IMG/VR virus record: IMGVR_UViG_3300029613_000341
Span: 1-42,454 of that record
DNA from: a virus
Taxonomy: Duplodnaviria > Heunggongvirae > Uroviricota > Caudoviricetes
DNA: 42,454 nt
Direction: 5' to 3' (one strand)
The notes beneath the pieces are model-generated. The model was not told the DNA's origin. It ran no database searches and was given only the letters and a program-made list of their open reading frames with translations. Made by a program: the position numbers and the translations under genes. Below are positions 1 through 8,626 of this stretch, piece by piece; the first letter of the stretch is position 1, and every line of letters begins with the position of its first letter.

Positions 1-1719
1 ATGATTTTTAGGGATAGCTTGAGAGTATTACCTTATGGTCGAGTAGATAATGATTTCTTCCAGATAGAAGAAAGACGTTCATGGAATGCAGGGCGATATT
101 ATTGGTCTAATAGAAGGATTTTTGGTTATATTGGAATTACTCAATCCAGTAATAAAGAGCTGAAAGATAAGTCGGGGAGAGAGGGATTCATAAGAAACCA
201 GGCTGCAAGAGAACTGAAAACTATTATATCTAATTTGTTAACTGAACTTGCTGATAGATTTTTTGGTTCACGTTCTGATGACCGTAAAGAGCTTTTAGAA
301 CAAGTTAAGCGTGAAAAAGAGTTAAGAAAATCTGCTCAACAACAAGCTCGAAAATCAACACAAAAAAGTTTTTCAGAAGCTTTGAAGAATCAGACACCAG
401 TTCTTGATGCTTCCTTGGAGGCTGTTAAAAGGCTGAAAACTAAGCTTGATAAAACTGATGGTTCGTTAGATTTAAACTATCTTAAAATTATAGACAGTGA
501 TCTTACAAACTTAGATGCGTTGCGCAGTGAAATTAAAACGCCTATCAAACCTCCAAAACTTGGAATGTATGAAGAGAAATATAGAGACTACAGAGATAAA
601 TTTAATGAGTTCTCTGCGTATATTCTACAAATGAAGTTAGCAATTAATAAACTTGATTCTGAATTAAATAAACTTGAGCCTTCATTGTCAGCGAAAAATC
701 ACCTTGAAAAAAATCAAGGTATTATTAATTCTAAACTAACTAAGTTTAATAACACGATAGAGGAGAAGATACATTCTCTTTTAAAAAAATGGGCCGATGA
801 AATAAAGGTTGATCGAAGTGATTATTATGCTAAAACTATATCAGTTGTTGATTCAATAGATAATGATTCACAAATTGAAAATGTGTTTAATTTGCTCGAT
901 AGTTTATATGTTGAGTCAGTTGATACCCTAACTTTCAAATATCAATCAATAATAAAAGGTCTCGATAGATTATTTGAAGGTATAAACTTAGATTCAGCAT
1001 TCTCATTATCTGAAGAAGAACGCTCATATTTTGAAGAAAAAGCTAAAAGTTTAAACGCGCTTGCACAGTTAGGTATTAGTGTTGAGATAATATCTCATGA
1101 ACTTGAAGAAATGGATTCTATGGTAACCAGAGGACTAAACTCTCTTCCTACTTCTGTAAAAGAACACCCTGGTTTTTCATTGGCGTTAAATGCTCACAGA
1201 TCGCTTACTCAACAAATACGTTTCTTATCACCTTTGAAAATATCAGGTTATCAATCCAGGCAGAGAATAACTGGAAAAAATATCATGGATTATGTCCTGA
1301 AGTTCTTTGGGGAGCGTTTCGAACGGCAACGAATAACTATTGAATTTAGTGAAGAGTTTAAGCAAATCGCAATAACAGATATACCATCAAGGATCTATCC
1401 TGTTTTTACTAATATTATCAACAATGCAATGTATTGGGTCAGTCTGTCAAATAATAGGCTCATAAAGATTGGTTTTGTGAATTCTTTGGTTATCATAGCA
1501 AATTCTGGTCCGGCAATTGATACCGATGATATCCCGCGACTATTTGAACTATTTTATAGCAAAAGAGCAAATGGACATGGGGTAGGTCTGTATCTATGTC
1601 GAGAAAACCTTGCTGTTGCACATCATAAAATATGGTATTCAGAACCTGATGAAGGCGATAACTATTTAATAAAAGATGGCGCTAATTTTGTGATCCAGTT
1701 CAATGGAGTGGAGTTCTAA
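1..1719 (+). CDS. Histidine-kinase-like protein: coiled-coil-rich region, HisKA-like H-box, C-terminal GHKL (HATPase_c-like) ATPase; ORF is open to base 1, so the 5' end may lie outside the window
   Basis: Long ORF in frame 1. H-box-like I-S-H-E-L-E-E (His codon 1096-1098). C-terminal ~130 aa carry N-box-like NIINNAMYW, G1-like ANSGPAID and G2-like GHGVGLYL motifs. Visibly AT-rich compared with the phage backbone. Confidence 0.55.
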   Translation: MIFRDSLRVLPYGRVDNDFFQIEERRSWNAGRYYWSNRRIFGYIGITQSSNKELKDKSGREGFIRNQAARELKTIISNLLTELADRFFGSRSDDRKELLEQVKREKELRKSAQQQARKSTQKSFSEALKNQTPVLDASLEAVKRLKTKLDKTDGSLDLNYLKIIDSDLTNLDALRSEIKTPIKPPKLGMYEEKYRDYRDKFNEFSAYILQMKLAINKLDSELNKLEPSLSAKNHLEKNQGIINSKLTKFNNTIEEKIHSLLKKWADEIKVDRSDYYAKTISVVDSIDNDSQIENVFNLLDSLYVESVDTLTFKYQSIIKGLDRLFEGINLDSAFSLSEEERSYFEEKAKSLNALAQLGISVEIISHELEEMDSMVTRGLNSLPTSVKEHPGFSLALNAHRSLTQQIRFLSPLKISGYQSRQRITGKNIMDYVLKFFGERFERQRITIEFSEEFKQIAITDIPSRIYPVFTNIINNAMYWVSLSNNRLIKIGFVNSLVIIANSGPAIDTDDIPRLFELFYSKRANGHGVGLYLCRENLAVAHHKIWYSEPDEGDNYLIKDGANFVIQFNGVEF

Positions 1720-1720
1720 T

Positions 1721-3469
1721 ATGACAGTGGCAAATTATAATTCTCTTGTCCAGAAAACTTTCTGCGAAAATGCAATTCGTTCCGTTGTCATGATTGATGA
1801 CGATTTTCTGACGTATTCTGAATCAATCAGGGCGTTGAATAACGAAGTTGATTTAGACTACAACAAAATTGACTCATCTAAACGAGCCGCTACTCTTGAG
1901 AGCTTTTTTCAATCTAAAAATATGATTTGTGATGTTGACAATGGTTCTGTTAATTTCGATGTGGATCGGATTAGAAAATCAGATCTTATTATTGTAGATT
2001 ATCATCTTGATAATAATGCACCTGATAAAACACTTAAACTATTACAAGATTTGAAAGACTCCGATCATTTAAATATGATTGTAATATATACTAGAGAGAA
2101 TTTAGAAACGGTTTGGATGCAGATATCATCGACTCTCAAAGGTGCTCTGGATATCAACAGCTTGATCATTGACTACGATAATGAAGATGTCCAAAGTTAT
2201 TGGGAAGACGTTGTATTACCGAACTTAAATGATAATGGTAATAAAGCTCTCACAAGAGATGAAACAATAGCCTATATTAAAGACAGTAAGCCTTGTAGAA
2301 GAATTAAAAGATTAATACATGATGATGCTGTGTTGGAGGATCAAAAGGATAAAAACTTCATTGCAAAAATGATTGCAGAATATGCTGTGTCTAGAAATGC
2401 AATTATTTCTAGCAACACATCTGGCAATGTCATTCGGGGTGATGAAAGCGGAGTAAAATGGATTCAATGTGGTAATATCTTTGTCTCCCTATTTCATAAG
2501 GTTCAAGATGATCATGAAAACGATGGAGATAGGATTTGGCAAACTCTCAATGATTCTCTCATTGAATGGAAACCATCTTATTATCAGTTAATAAAATCTG
2601 AAATTCAGAATGCAATCGAAGCTGAGGCTTTATCTTTTGTAAATCATTTGGCTAACGATCATTACGGTCAAGCTGCGTGGTTAAATGAGATATTAAAATC
2701 AGACTCGCCTGATATTAGATGTAGAAATATTGACTTTGTATTTGGTAATTTATCAGAAGAGCTTTATCAAAGACTTAAAAATAATAATACGCTGGATGAA
2801 TTTATCAAAAGTGTTTTTGATAGCTATTCAAATGAATACGCTAACAGCGGAGTTGCTGCATTGCTCCAATATTGCTCTTCAAAAATGGATCTGCCATCAA
2901 ATAATGATACTTATCACGAAATGTATCATGCTTTAAATATGAATTTGTCTTCAAAGAATTTTGAAGATGGTCATATTTCTACTGGCACTATTTTCTTTGA
3001 TACAGAGTCGAACAAATGGTATTTATGTGTATCTGCGGCATGTGATTTGGTTCCTACTCAGGGTAACGACCCTCACCATGTAAGATTAAGTCCGCACAGG
3101 CTCATTAAAGTTCTGGAGCTTTTTAACGCCAGTCAGAGTAAAGCATTGCCATTTGCTGAACATTCGAAATATATATATGTAATGCATAAAAATCAAAGAA
3201 AATATCTCTCTATTTTCGAAGGGGATAAAACGCTTCCTGTTGTTGATTATATGGTGGTGTTGAATCATGGAACAACAGTTGATGGCGAAGAAAAAAATAT
3301 TATTTCTGCCGTGTTTTTAAGTAATATGGATGGCAACGTGCAAAATGTTCCTGTCCGACTCAAACTTAAATCTCAACTGAGAACTGGTTATGCAGAAAGA
3401 TATCAGGCTATAGCGTCTCAGTATAGCTCAAGGATTGGTGTGGATTATGTATCAATGATGCTACCATAA
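1721..3469 (+). CDS. Receiver (REC)-like domain protein with ~450-aa C-terminal domain of unknown function
   Basis: ATG at 1721 one base after the upstream stop (TAA 1717-1719), GGAG-type RBS just upstream. N-terminal ~130 aa have the receiver pattern: VVMIDDD acidic pair, DLIIVDYHL with candidate acceptor Asp (codon 1997-1999), MIVIYT. Remainder has no motif I recognise. AT-rich. Confidence 0.5.
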   Translation: MTVANYNSLVQKTFCENAIRSVVMIDDDFLTYSESIRALNNEVDLDYNKIDSSKRAATLESFFQSKNMICDVDNGSVNFDVDRIRKSDLIIVDYHLDNNAPDKTLKLLQDLKDSDHLNMIVIYTRENLETVWMQISSTLKGALDINSLIIDYDNEDVQSYWEDVVLPNLNDNGNKALTRDETIAYIKDSKPCRRIKRLIHDDAVLEDQKDKNFIAKMIAEYAVSRNAIISSNTSGNVIRGDESGVKWIQCGNIFVSLFHKVQDDHENDGDRIWQTLNDSLIEWKPSYYQLIKSEIQNAIEAEALSFVNHLANDHYGQAAWLNEILKSDSPDIRCRNIDFVFGNLSEELYQRLKNNNTLDEFIKSVFDSYSNEYANSGVAALLQYCSSKMDLPSNNDTYHEMYHALNMNLSSKNFEDGHISTGTIFFDTESNKWYLCVSAACDLVPTQGNDPHHVRLSPHRLIKVLELFNASQSKALPFAEHSKYIYVMHKNQRKYLSIFEGDKTLPVVDYMVVLNHGTTVDGEEKNIISAVFLSNMDGNVQNVPVRLKLKSQLRTGYAERYQAIASQYSSRIGVDYVSMMLP

Positions 3470-3540
3470 TTATTATATTTTAGGCGTGGTGATTTTTTTT
3501 CGCCATGCCTATTTTATATTTATCATCACAATGATGTTGT

Positions 3541-3957
3541 TTATTTTTGTTTAAGTCTTCTAAGCTTCATGCATTCTAATGAGAATAATAATAGAGTTGT
3601 GCTGTATATAAAGCCAGAGTTAGTTAATAACTTTAAATTTAATGCTTCAGGATTTTCACTGAGAAAGTGAAAGGCATAAACTAAGTATACAGCTAAAGTA
3701 GCCGTTCCAATTGTTGGTCCAATATCGCCTTGATCATGAGGTTCAAGGTTTACATTGAACTTGAAGATTAGCCATTCAAATCCCCAAGTAAAAAAAACAA
3801 CTAATATCATGGCTGCGAATAATTTCGCGATGTTATCTGCTGATGGATTCATCAGAACAGATTGTTTCTGAAAAAATTCACAAAGTGAGAGTCCGAAAAA
3901 AATAAAAAAAAGTGGTCTGGAACTAAATTTTTCAAAAACTTTGAATAGGGTTTCCAT
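3541..3957 (-). CDS. Small hydrophobic (membrane) protein, unknown function
   Basis: 138-aa ORF with several hydrophobic stretches (LFFIFFGLSL, LFAAMILVVFFTWGF, IGTATLAVYLVYAF), directly downstream of and co-oriented with the P4-type integrase; AT-rich. Confidence 0.35.
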   Translation of the reverse strand: METLFKVFEKFSSRPLFFIFFGLSLCEFFQKQSVLMNPSADNIAKLFAAMILVVFFTWGFEWLIFKFNVNLEPHDQGDIGPTIGTATLAVYLVYAFHFLSENPEALNLKLLTNSGFIYSTTLLLFSLECMKLRRLKQK

Positions 3958-3995
3958 TTTCTTTACCTTCAGGATTATATTAGCTATTCTGATAC

Positions 3996-5225
3996 TTAGG
4001 CTACCAGAGCATTTGATCTTTGAGCTTGAACGTAATCACTCCACCATTGCATCAAACTCTGTCGCTCTATCAGATATTCTGCACGATTGTATGCTGCGAT
4101 AATTTCATCTTTTTTCGAGTGGGCAAGCGCTGCCTCAAGAACTTCAGCTCTGAATTTACCAGACTCCTCTGCCGCTGTTCGTGCAATAGAACGCATACCG
4201 TGAGCTACAAGCTCGCCTCCGAACCCCATTCGGATGATAGCTGCGTTGGCTGTTTGTTCATGCATATGATTAAGAGGCGCTTTTATGCTGGGGAAAACCC
4301 ATTCTCTATGCCCACTTATTGATTTCATTAATTCAAGGATGCGCAAAGCTTCTTTACTCAAAGGAACTTTGTGAAGCTTTTTCATTTTCATGAAATCAGC
4401 AGGAATGTTCCAAATGCTGTTGGTTGTATCAATATCAGACCACCTTGCGCGAACGGCTTCACCCGGACGAACCCATGTCAACAATTGCCATTCAATTAGC
4501 ATACGTGTTTCCAACCGGATTGACGCATTCGTCAAAGATTCCATAAACCTTGGCAATTCGCTTGGGGGAAGGGCAGGCATATTTTGCTTTTTTGGTTTAC
4601 TGAATCTTTGACCAAGGTTGTCAGCCGGGTTGAACTCAATAAGTTCTTCAGTAGCTGCCCACCGGAAGATTTCATTCAGACGTGAAATGATACGGCGTAG
4701 AGTTTCCAATACGCCTCGTTGCTCAATAGGATCAAGGTGTTGTTTTAAGAGCTTAGGTCGGATCTCATTGATAGGGACATTACCCAGACCGGGAAAGACA
4801 TTTCTCTCTAAGCTGCGCCAGATGTCTGCTGCATGGTCTTGTGAGATACCTGATGTCTTTACCTTCTCATCTAACCATTTCCGCGCTACGGCTTGGAGAG
4901 TGTGCTCAGTAGCACTCTTTAATGCCTTCGCCTTATCGTTGTTATGGATTTGGGGATCAACACCATTTGCCAGAAAGGAGAGATATTCATCACGTAAGGC
5001 TCTGGCTCTTGCAAGGGTAAGGTGAGGATATGTCCCAAGGCTCATTTTGGTTCTTTTCTTGCTCACTGGTACTGCATACCTGAAATACCAATTTTTCTTG
5101 CCTCCTTTCGCCAAAGGAGCGATTCGTAGAATCAGACCATCACCGTCAAACAAGTTGATTTCTTTATCGGCTGGCTTGGTGCTTTTGATTTCAGTGTCAG
5201 TGAGCTTCTTAGCGATTTTTGCCAT
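3996..5225 (-). CDS. int: Tyrosine recombinase/integrase, P4 (CP4-57 IntA-like) family
   Basis: ORF 3996-5267; most likely start is the Met of MAKIAKKLTDTEIK (5225). N-terminal arm-binding region typical of P4-family integrases, C-terminal catalytic motifs (AHGMRSIART, AAYNRAEY). Lies ~170 bp from the ssrA 3'-end fragment, the usual tmRNA-int arrangement. Confidence 0.85.
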   Translation of the reverse strand: MAKIAKKLTDTEIKSTKPADKEINLFDGDGLILRIAPLAKGGKKNWYFRYAVPVSKKRTKMSLGTYPHLTLARARALRDEYLSFLANGVDPQIHNNDKAKALKSATEHTLQAVARKWLDEKVKTSGISQDHAADIWRSLERNVFPGLGNVPINEIRPKLLKQHLDPIEQRGVLETLRRIISRLNEIFRWAATEELIEFNPADNLGQRFSKPKKQNMPALPPSELPRFMESLTNASIRLETRMLIEWQLLTWVRPGEAVRARWSDIDTTNSIWNIPADFMKMKKLHKVPLSKEALRILELMKSISGHREWVFPSIKAPLNHMHEQTANAAIIRMGFGGELVAHGMRSIARTAAEESGKFRAEVLEAALAHSKKDEIIAAYNRAEYLIERQSLMQWWSDYVQAQRSNALVA

Positions 5226-5319
5226 TTTGGGACCCTCGGTTTTTGGACCCTTCTTAGTGGGTCCCATTCAGGGTGCCATAACTCGTAGTTCTCAGCAATT
5301 CTCACTGGACGACAATAGA

Positions 5320-5356
5320 CGTAAAAAAGCCCGCAGAGCTTGTGCTGTGTGGGCTT
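5320..5356 (-). terminator. Imperfect hairpin plus T5 on the minus strand; probable remnant of the original ssrA terminator
   Basis: Minus strand reads GCCCACACAGC-ACAA-GCTCTGCGGGC followed by TTTTT, ~35 bp downstream of the displaced ssrA 3' fragment. Confidence 0.3.
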
Positions 5357-5390
5357 AGTAGACTTCATTGAACTTCAAACAACTAAAAAG

Positions 5391-5435
5391 TGGTGGAGCT
5401 GGCGGGAGTTGAACCCGCGTCCGAAATTCCTACAT
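5391..5435. repeat. att direct repeat (45 bp identical to the ssrA 3' end at 41395-41439)
   Basis: TGGTGGAGCTGGCGGGAGTTGAACCCGCGTCCGAAATTCCTACAT occurs at both positions; the copies diverge immediately afterwards (ACC here, CCT at 41440). Confidence 0.85.
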
Positions 5436-5549
5436 ACCATTTTTAATATAGTGAAAACAGTTATTTATATTTAAAAACAGAATGTTAGTATTTTGCGGTG
5501 TTTGTCCGTTTTAGGCATTTTTAATGCTCTGCCGCCAAAATGCCGCCAC

Positions 5550-6569
5550 TTATTTACCTTGAGAATCTATAGGTAAGATCCCCTTAAAAATCAAAAAATC
5601 TGGATCGTAAGCATAATTGGCTAAAAAATCACCGTTATTGGCAGTTGCTTGGAAAATAATTGTATTTTGATCAATTAGCATGTACAGAGATATCAATATA
5701 TCTCGTAATCCACGAAACATTTCTTTTATTTCTTTTTCATCTGAAAATGATGTTTCTATTCCTAAGTTTGATATCGGATCAAAAATCTCAAATTTGTTGA
5801 CTTCTCTTTCATAATTAACTCCTAGTTCTCTACACAGCCATACCACTTGTGCTTCAATGTTCTCTAAATTAGATATGTTAACTTGTTTTGGGTAAAGCTG
5901 ATTGTATCTTGCTATTTCATGCCCAATGTTGTTATATATATTTTCTAATTTTTCAAGGAATGATTTATCAACTTCATTGTTATATCCAGTGGAGATTGAG
6001 GATTTTGTGAATATTTTTTTATATAATGAGTAGGTATGAACTACAGATAGTTTAATTGTGTCTTTTTCGAAAGTTGTATTATCTCGACGAGAAAGGGTAA
6101 ATGACGGTAACGTTTTAAACATATCCGAATAATTCTTGAGGTGAGCGTAGTAAGCATCACTGCGGTTTTTCTCAGTCACTAGATCTATCTGTTGCTGTGT
6201 TTTCCTAATTTGATTTTCCGTTTGTATTGTTCTGTGAATGTTAGCGACTATAGCTACAAAGGGTATCGAAAGGGAAAGAAGAGCGATAGGCAACTTGCTT
6301 ATTTCAATGAAGTTTGAAAATCCATCAGCATCAAATTGAGGAGAGTGTCCCATCCATGAGAATATACCGAAGTATAAGGATGAGATAATAGGTATTCTGA
6401 TGGATTGTTTAAATAAATTTTGTTTTGTTAGCCTTTCCTCAGTCATTTCAAAATAATTATTATTTTTGTTTTTTGTGTATTCAATAAATAGATATATTAA
6501 ATAAAGAATTATAAGGAACGTAGATATTTCTGGTTTTTTTATATAGCTAATTACGAATTCTTGAGTCAT
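5550..6569 (-). CDS. Membrane protein of unknown function (prophage moron between attL and int)
   Basis: ORF 5550-6581; the Met at 6569-6567 overlaps the int stop as ATGA (TGA 6568-6566), suggesting translational coupling. About three N-terminal hydrophobic helices, ~200-aa soluble C-terminal part. Strongly AT-rich. Confidence 0.5.
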   Translation of the reverse strand: MTQEFVISYIKKPEISTFLIILYLIYLFIEYTKNKNNNYFEMTEERLTKQNLFKQSIRIPIISSLYFGIFSWMGHSPQFDADGFSNFIEISKLPIALLSLSIPFVAIVANIHRTIQTENQIRKTQQQIDLVTEKNRSDAYYAHLKNYSDMFKTLPSFTLSRRDNTTFEKDTIKLSVVHTYSLYKKIFTKSSISTGYNNEVDKSFLEKLENIYNNIGHEIARYNQLYPKQVNISNLENIEAQVVWLCRELGVNYEREVNKFEIFDPISNLGIETSFSDEKEIKEMFRGLRDILISLYMLIDQNTIIFQATANNGDFLANYAYDPDFLIFKGILPIDSQGK

Positions 6570-7594
6570 GGTGTGGTCCATTTTAATCTATATAAAGGGT
6601 TTTTTGATACTGCATCCTCTAAATGATCAGGTGCAAAATGTGCATAAACCATAGTCATTTTTATATCCGAGTGACCAAGGATGTCGCGCAACACGAGTAT
6701 GTTTCCGCCGTTCATCATAAAATGGCTAGCGAATGTATGGCGCAGTACGTGGGTGCATTGGCCCTCCGGTAGATCTATACCTGCCCGTTTTACTGCTCGT
6801 TCAAAGGCTTTTCTACATGGTGAGAATAACTTCCCTCTGTTCTTTGGGAGTTCGTCATACAGCTCCTGTGATATGGGTACTGTTCTGTTTTTCTTGCCTT
6901 TGGTCTTTGTATAAGTAATTCGGTATTTCGATATTTGGTGGCCCTGTAGGTTTTCTGCTTCACTCCATCGCGCACCAGTAGCCAGGCATATTTTTGCAAT
7001 CATTAGTAGGCTGGTGTTTTGAGATTCGGCGCAGGCATTAAGCAGGCGTTTGATTTCGTCCGTGGAAAGAAAAGCCAATTCACCTTCAGCAATTTTGAAG
7101 GTTGGAAGCCCTGCCAGTGGGTTTGGTGCGGACCAGTGCCCTAGTTTTTTCAATGTACCGAACACCGATGACAGATTGCGTTGTTCAAGATTTACCGTGC
7201 GGGGCTTAACCGGTGACATGAGCACGCCATCTTCGTTTTTGATCTCACCTTTTAATCTGGCTTCCCGGTACTTTGTGAAATCACCTGCTGTCAATTCAGA
7301 AGCGATGGGATCGCCAAGCCCATTACAAATGATTTTTAGCTTAGCCATTAATCGCTTAGGGTCAGCGAGTGTCTGACCGTACAGGGAATACCATTGCTCA
7401 ATCACTTCTGACAGTGGTCGCCGATCTTCCTTTTCTCCCAGCCAAGGTTTCTTGTTTACCTCATCCATGGTGAAATTCTCAAACGCAATGGCTTCGCCTT
7501 TCGTCGCAAATTGTTTGCGTACGCGTTTGCCATCTCTCCCGTTTGGGTAGCATTCACATAACCACTTTCCGTTCGGCTGTTTTCTGATCGTCAT
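6566..7594 (-). CDS. int: Phage integrase (P2/186-type tyrosine recombinase)
   Basis: 342-aa ORF with catalytic motifs HVLRHTFASH and LGHSDIKMTMVYAHF; recalled similarity to P2 Int; immediately downstream of cI. Confidence 0.9.
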   Translation of the reverse strand: MTIRKQPNGKWLCECYPNGRDGKRVRKQFATKGEAIAFENFTMDEVNKKPWLGEKEDRRPLSEVIEQWYSLYGQTLADPKRLMAKLKIICNGLGDPIASELTAGDFTKYREARLKGEIKNEDGVLMSPVKPRTVNLEQRNLSSVFGTLKKLGHWSAPNPLAGLPTFKIAEGELAFLSTDEIKRLLNACAESQNTSLLMIAKICLATGARWSEAENLQGHQISKYRITYTKTKGKKNRTVPISQELYDELPKNRGKLFSPCRKAFERAVKRAGIDLPEGQCTHVLRHTFASHFMMNGGNILVLRDILGHSDIKMTMVYAHFAPDHLEDAVSKNPLYRLKWTTP

Positions 7595-7596
7595 GA

Positions 7597-8235
7597 TTAG
7601 ATGCTCTTAATCACTTTTACCACACGCCCTACAACGTCTACGTCATCAACTGCACATTCAAAGGTTGTTTCTTCCTGATGAACAACAAGCTTATTTCCGG
7701 GAATTCGAGCTACTTTTACGATGCTTTTCACTCCATCAATATCAACAAGCCAGGAGCCATTACTGATCTGTTTTACAGATACATCAACAATAAAACTTTC
7801 TGTTGTCGTTTGTATGAATAGATAGTTTGACGAGTCGCCCTCAACCAACCTGCTATCTAATAAAATTTCGTCATATGATTGAAGTTCACCATTTCTTAAC
7901 TCTGTGTATTTGATACTGGGAGCTACGATTTTAGAAAGTGGTCTAATTGTGACGTCATTATCATTTTTGAGAATGTTTACGTCACTGTTATCTGCATACA
8001 TATCACCCTGTCCGGTTGCCAACCAAAGAAGCGAGATCCCGGTTTCTAGTGCACATTGAATTACCCATTCTGCTGGAAAACTATCTCTTAAGTATCTGTT
8101 TGCCATGGTACTTTTTGATACTTTTAAGTGTTCGCAGAGTTGTTGGCGTGAGCTGAAATTGTAGGCTTTTATCAGCCTGTTGATGGCATCACGACCCCCA
8201 CTATCGTTTCCACCCTTGATTAGACTCATAATCAA
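7597..8235 (-). CDS. cI: Immunity repressor, phage 186 CI-like
   Basis: Matches my recollection of 186 CI over its length (NRY.R, CALETG..L.WL.TG.G, GLWLVDI.G..SI, FEC..DD....GRVV.V); divergent from the early operon. Confidence 0.8.
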   Translation of the reverse strand: MIMSLIKGGNDSGGRDAINRLIKAYNFSSRQQLCEHLKVSKSTMANRYLRDSFPAEWVIQCALETGISLLWLATGQGDMYADNSDVNILKNDNDVTIRPLSKIVAPSIKYTELRNGELQSYDEILLDSRLVEGDSSNYLFIQTTTESFIVDVSVKQISNGSWLVDIDGVKSIVKVARIPGNKLVVHQEETTFECAVDDVDVVGRVVKVIKSI

Positions 8236-8240
8236 ACCCC

Positions 8241-8269
8241 TTGACGTATATAAAATGCGATCTTAATAT
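8241..8269 (+). promoter_or_regulatory. Putative early lytic promoter (sigma70-like -35 TTGACG, 17-bp spacer, -10 TAATAT)
   Basis: TTGACG at 8241-8246 and TAATAT at 8264-8269 in the cI to cox/apl intergenic region, oriented towards the early genes. Confidence 0.35.
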
Positions 8270-8345
8270 CCATTCATGGTTTGAAAAGCAAAACCAAACC
8301 ACATAAAACGAGATGAGACGATTACAAACTAAGAGATACTGCACT

Positions 8346-8594
8346 ATGAGCAACGACATTTCAATTCGTGTACCAAAAGTGATGGCGACACCAGCTGAGT
8401 TCGCGGAATGGGAAGGCTACTCTCGCGGTTCGGTATATCAAATGATTCATAATGGTAAGCTCGCTAAGTTTTTAGAAAAAAAGGAAAAACCGAAAGACAG
8501 AGTATGTATACGTTACCTTGAGTACAAAAAGGAACAAGTCAGGAAAAACATGGGCCAATCCAATTTCAACTTTAATGTCATCGTTGGTGGCTAA
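8346..8594 (+). CDS. Cox/Apl-like excisionase and repressor-antagonist (small DNA-binding protein)
   Basis: First rightward gene after cI; segment ATPAEFAEWEGYSRGSVYQMIHNGKLAKF resembles the P2 Cox helix-turn-helix region as I recall it. Confidence 0.6.
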   Translation: MSNDISIRVPKVMATPAEFAEWEGYSRGSVYQMIHNGKLAKFLEKKEKPKDRVCIRYLEYKKEQVRKNMGQSNFNFNVIVGG

Positions 8595-8626
8595 GTTCAA
8601 TTATGAGAACTTTCTAAGGGGGCCGC

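Larger units (their letters stand above)
1..5390. mobile_element. Distal end of a second integrative element at ssrA (P4-type integrase plus AT-rich cargo); extends beyond the window start
   Basis: P4-family integrase next to a 45-bp ssrA 3'-end copy, AT-rich cargo genes to its left, no housekeeping genes visible. Confidence 0.5.

Noticed and set aside
2730-3268. Short ORFs (2730-2936 plus, 3086-3268 minus) inside the receiver-like gene
   Set aside because: Fully contained within a much longer ORF of consistent composition; typical shadow ORFs.
4020-5368. Several 70-135-aa ORFs on the plus strand and one minus-strand ORF (5132-5368) overlapping the P4-type integrase
   Set aside because: Antisense or alternate-frame overlaps of a well-supported integrase gene; no RBS context or motifs.
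5391-5435. Possible tRNA gene at the island/prophage junction
   Set aside because: The sequence is only the last 45 nt of tmRNA (acceptor and T-arm mimic), not a complete tRNA; it is an att repeat.
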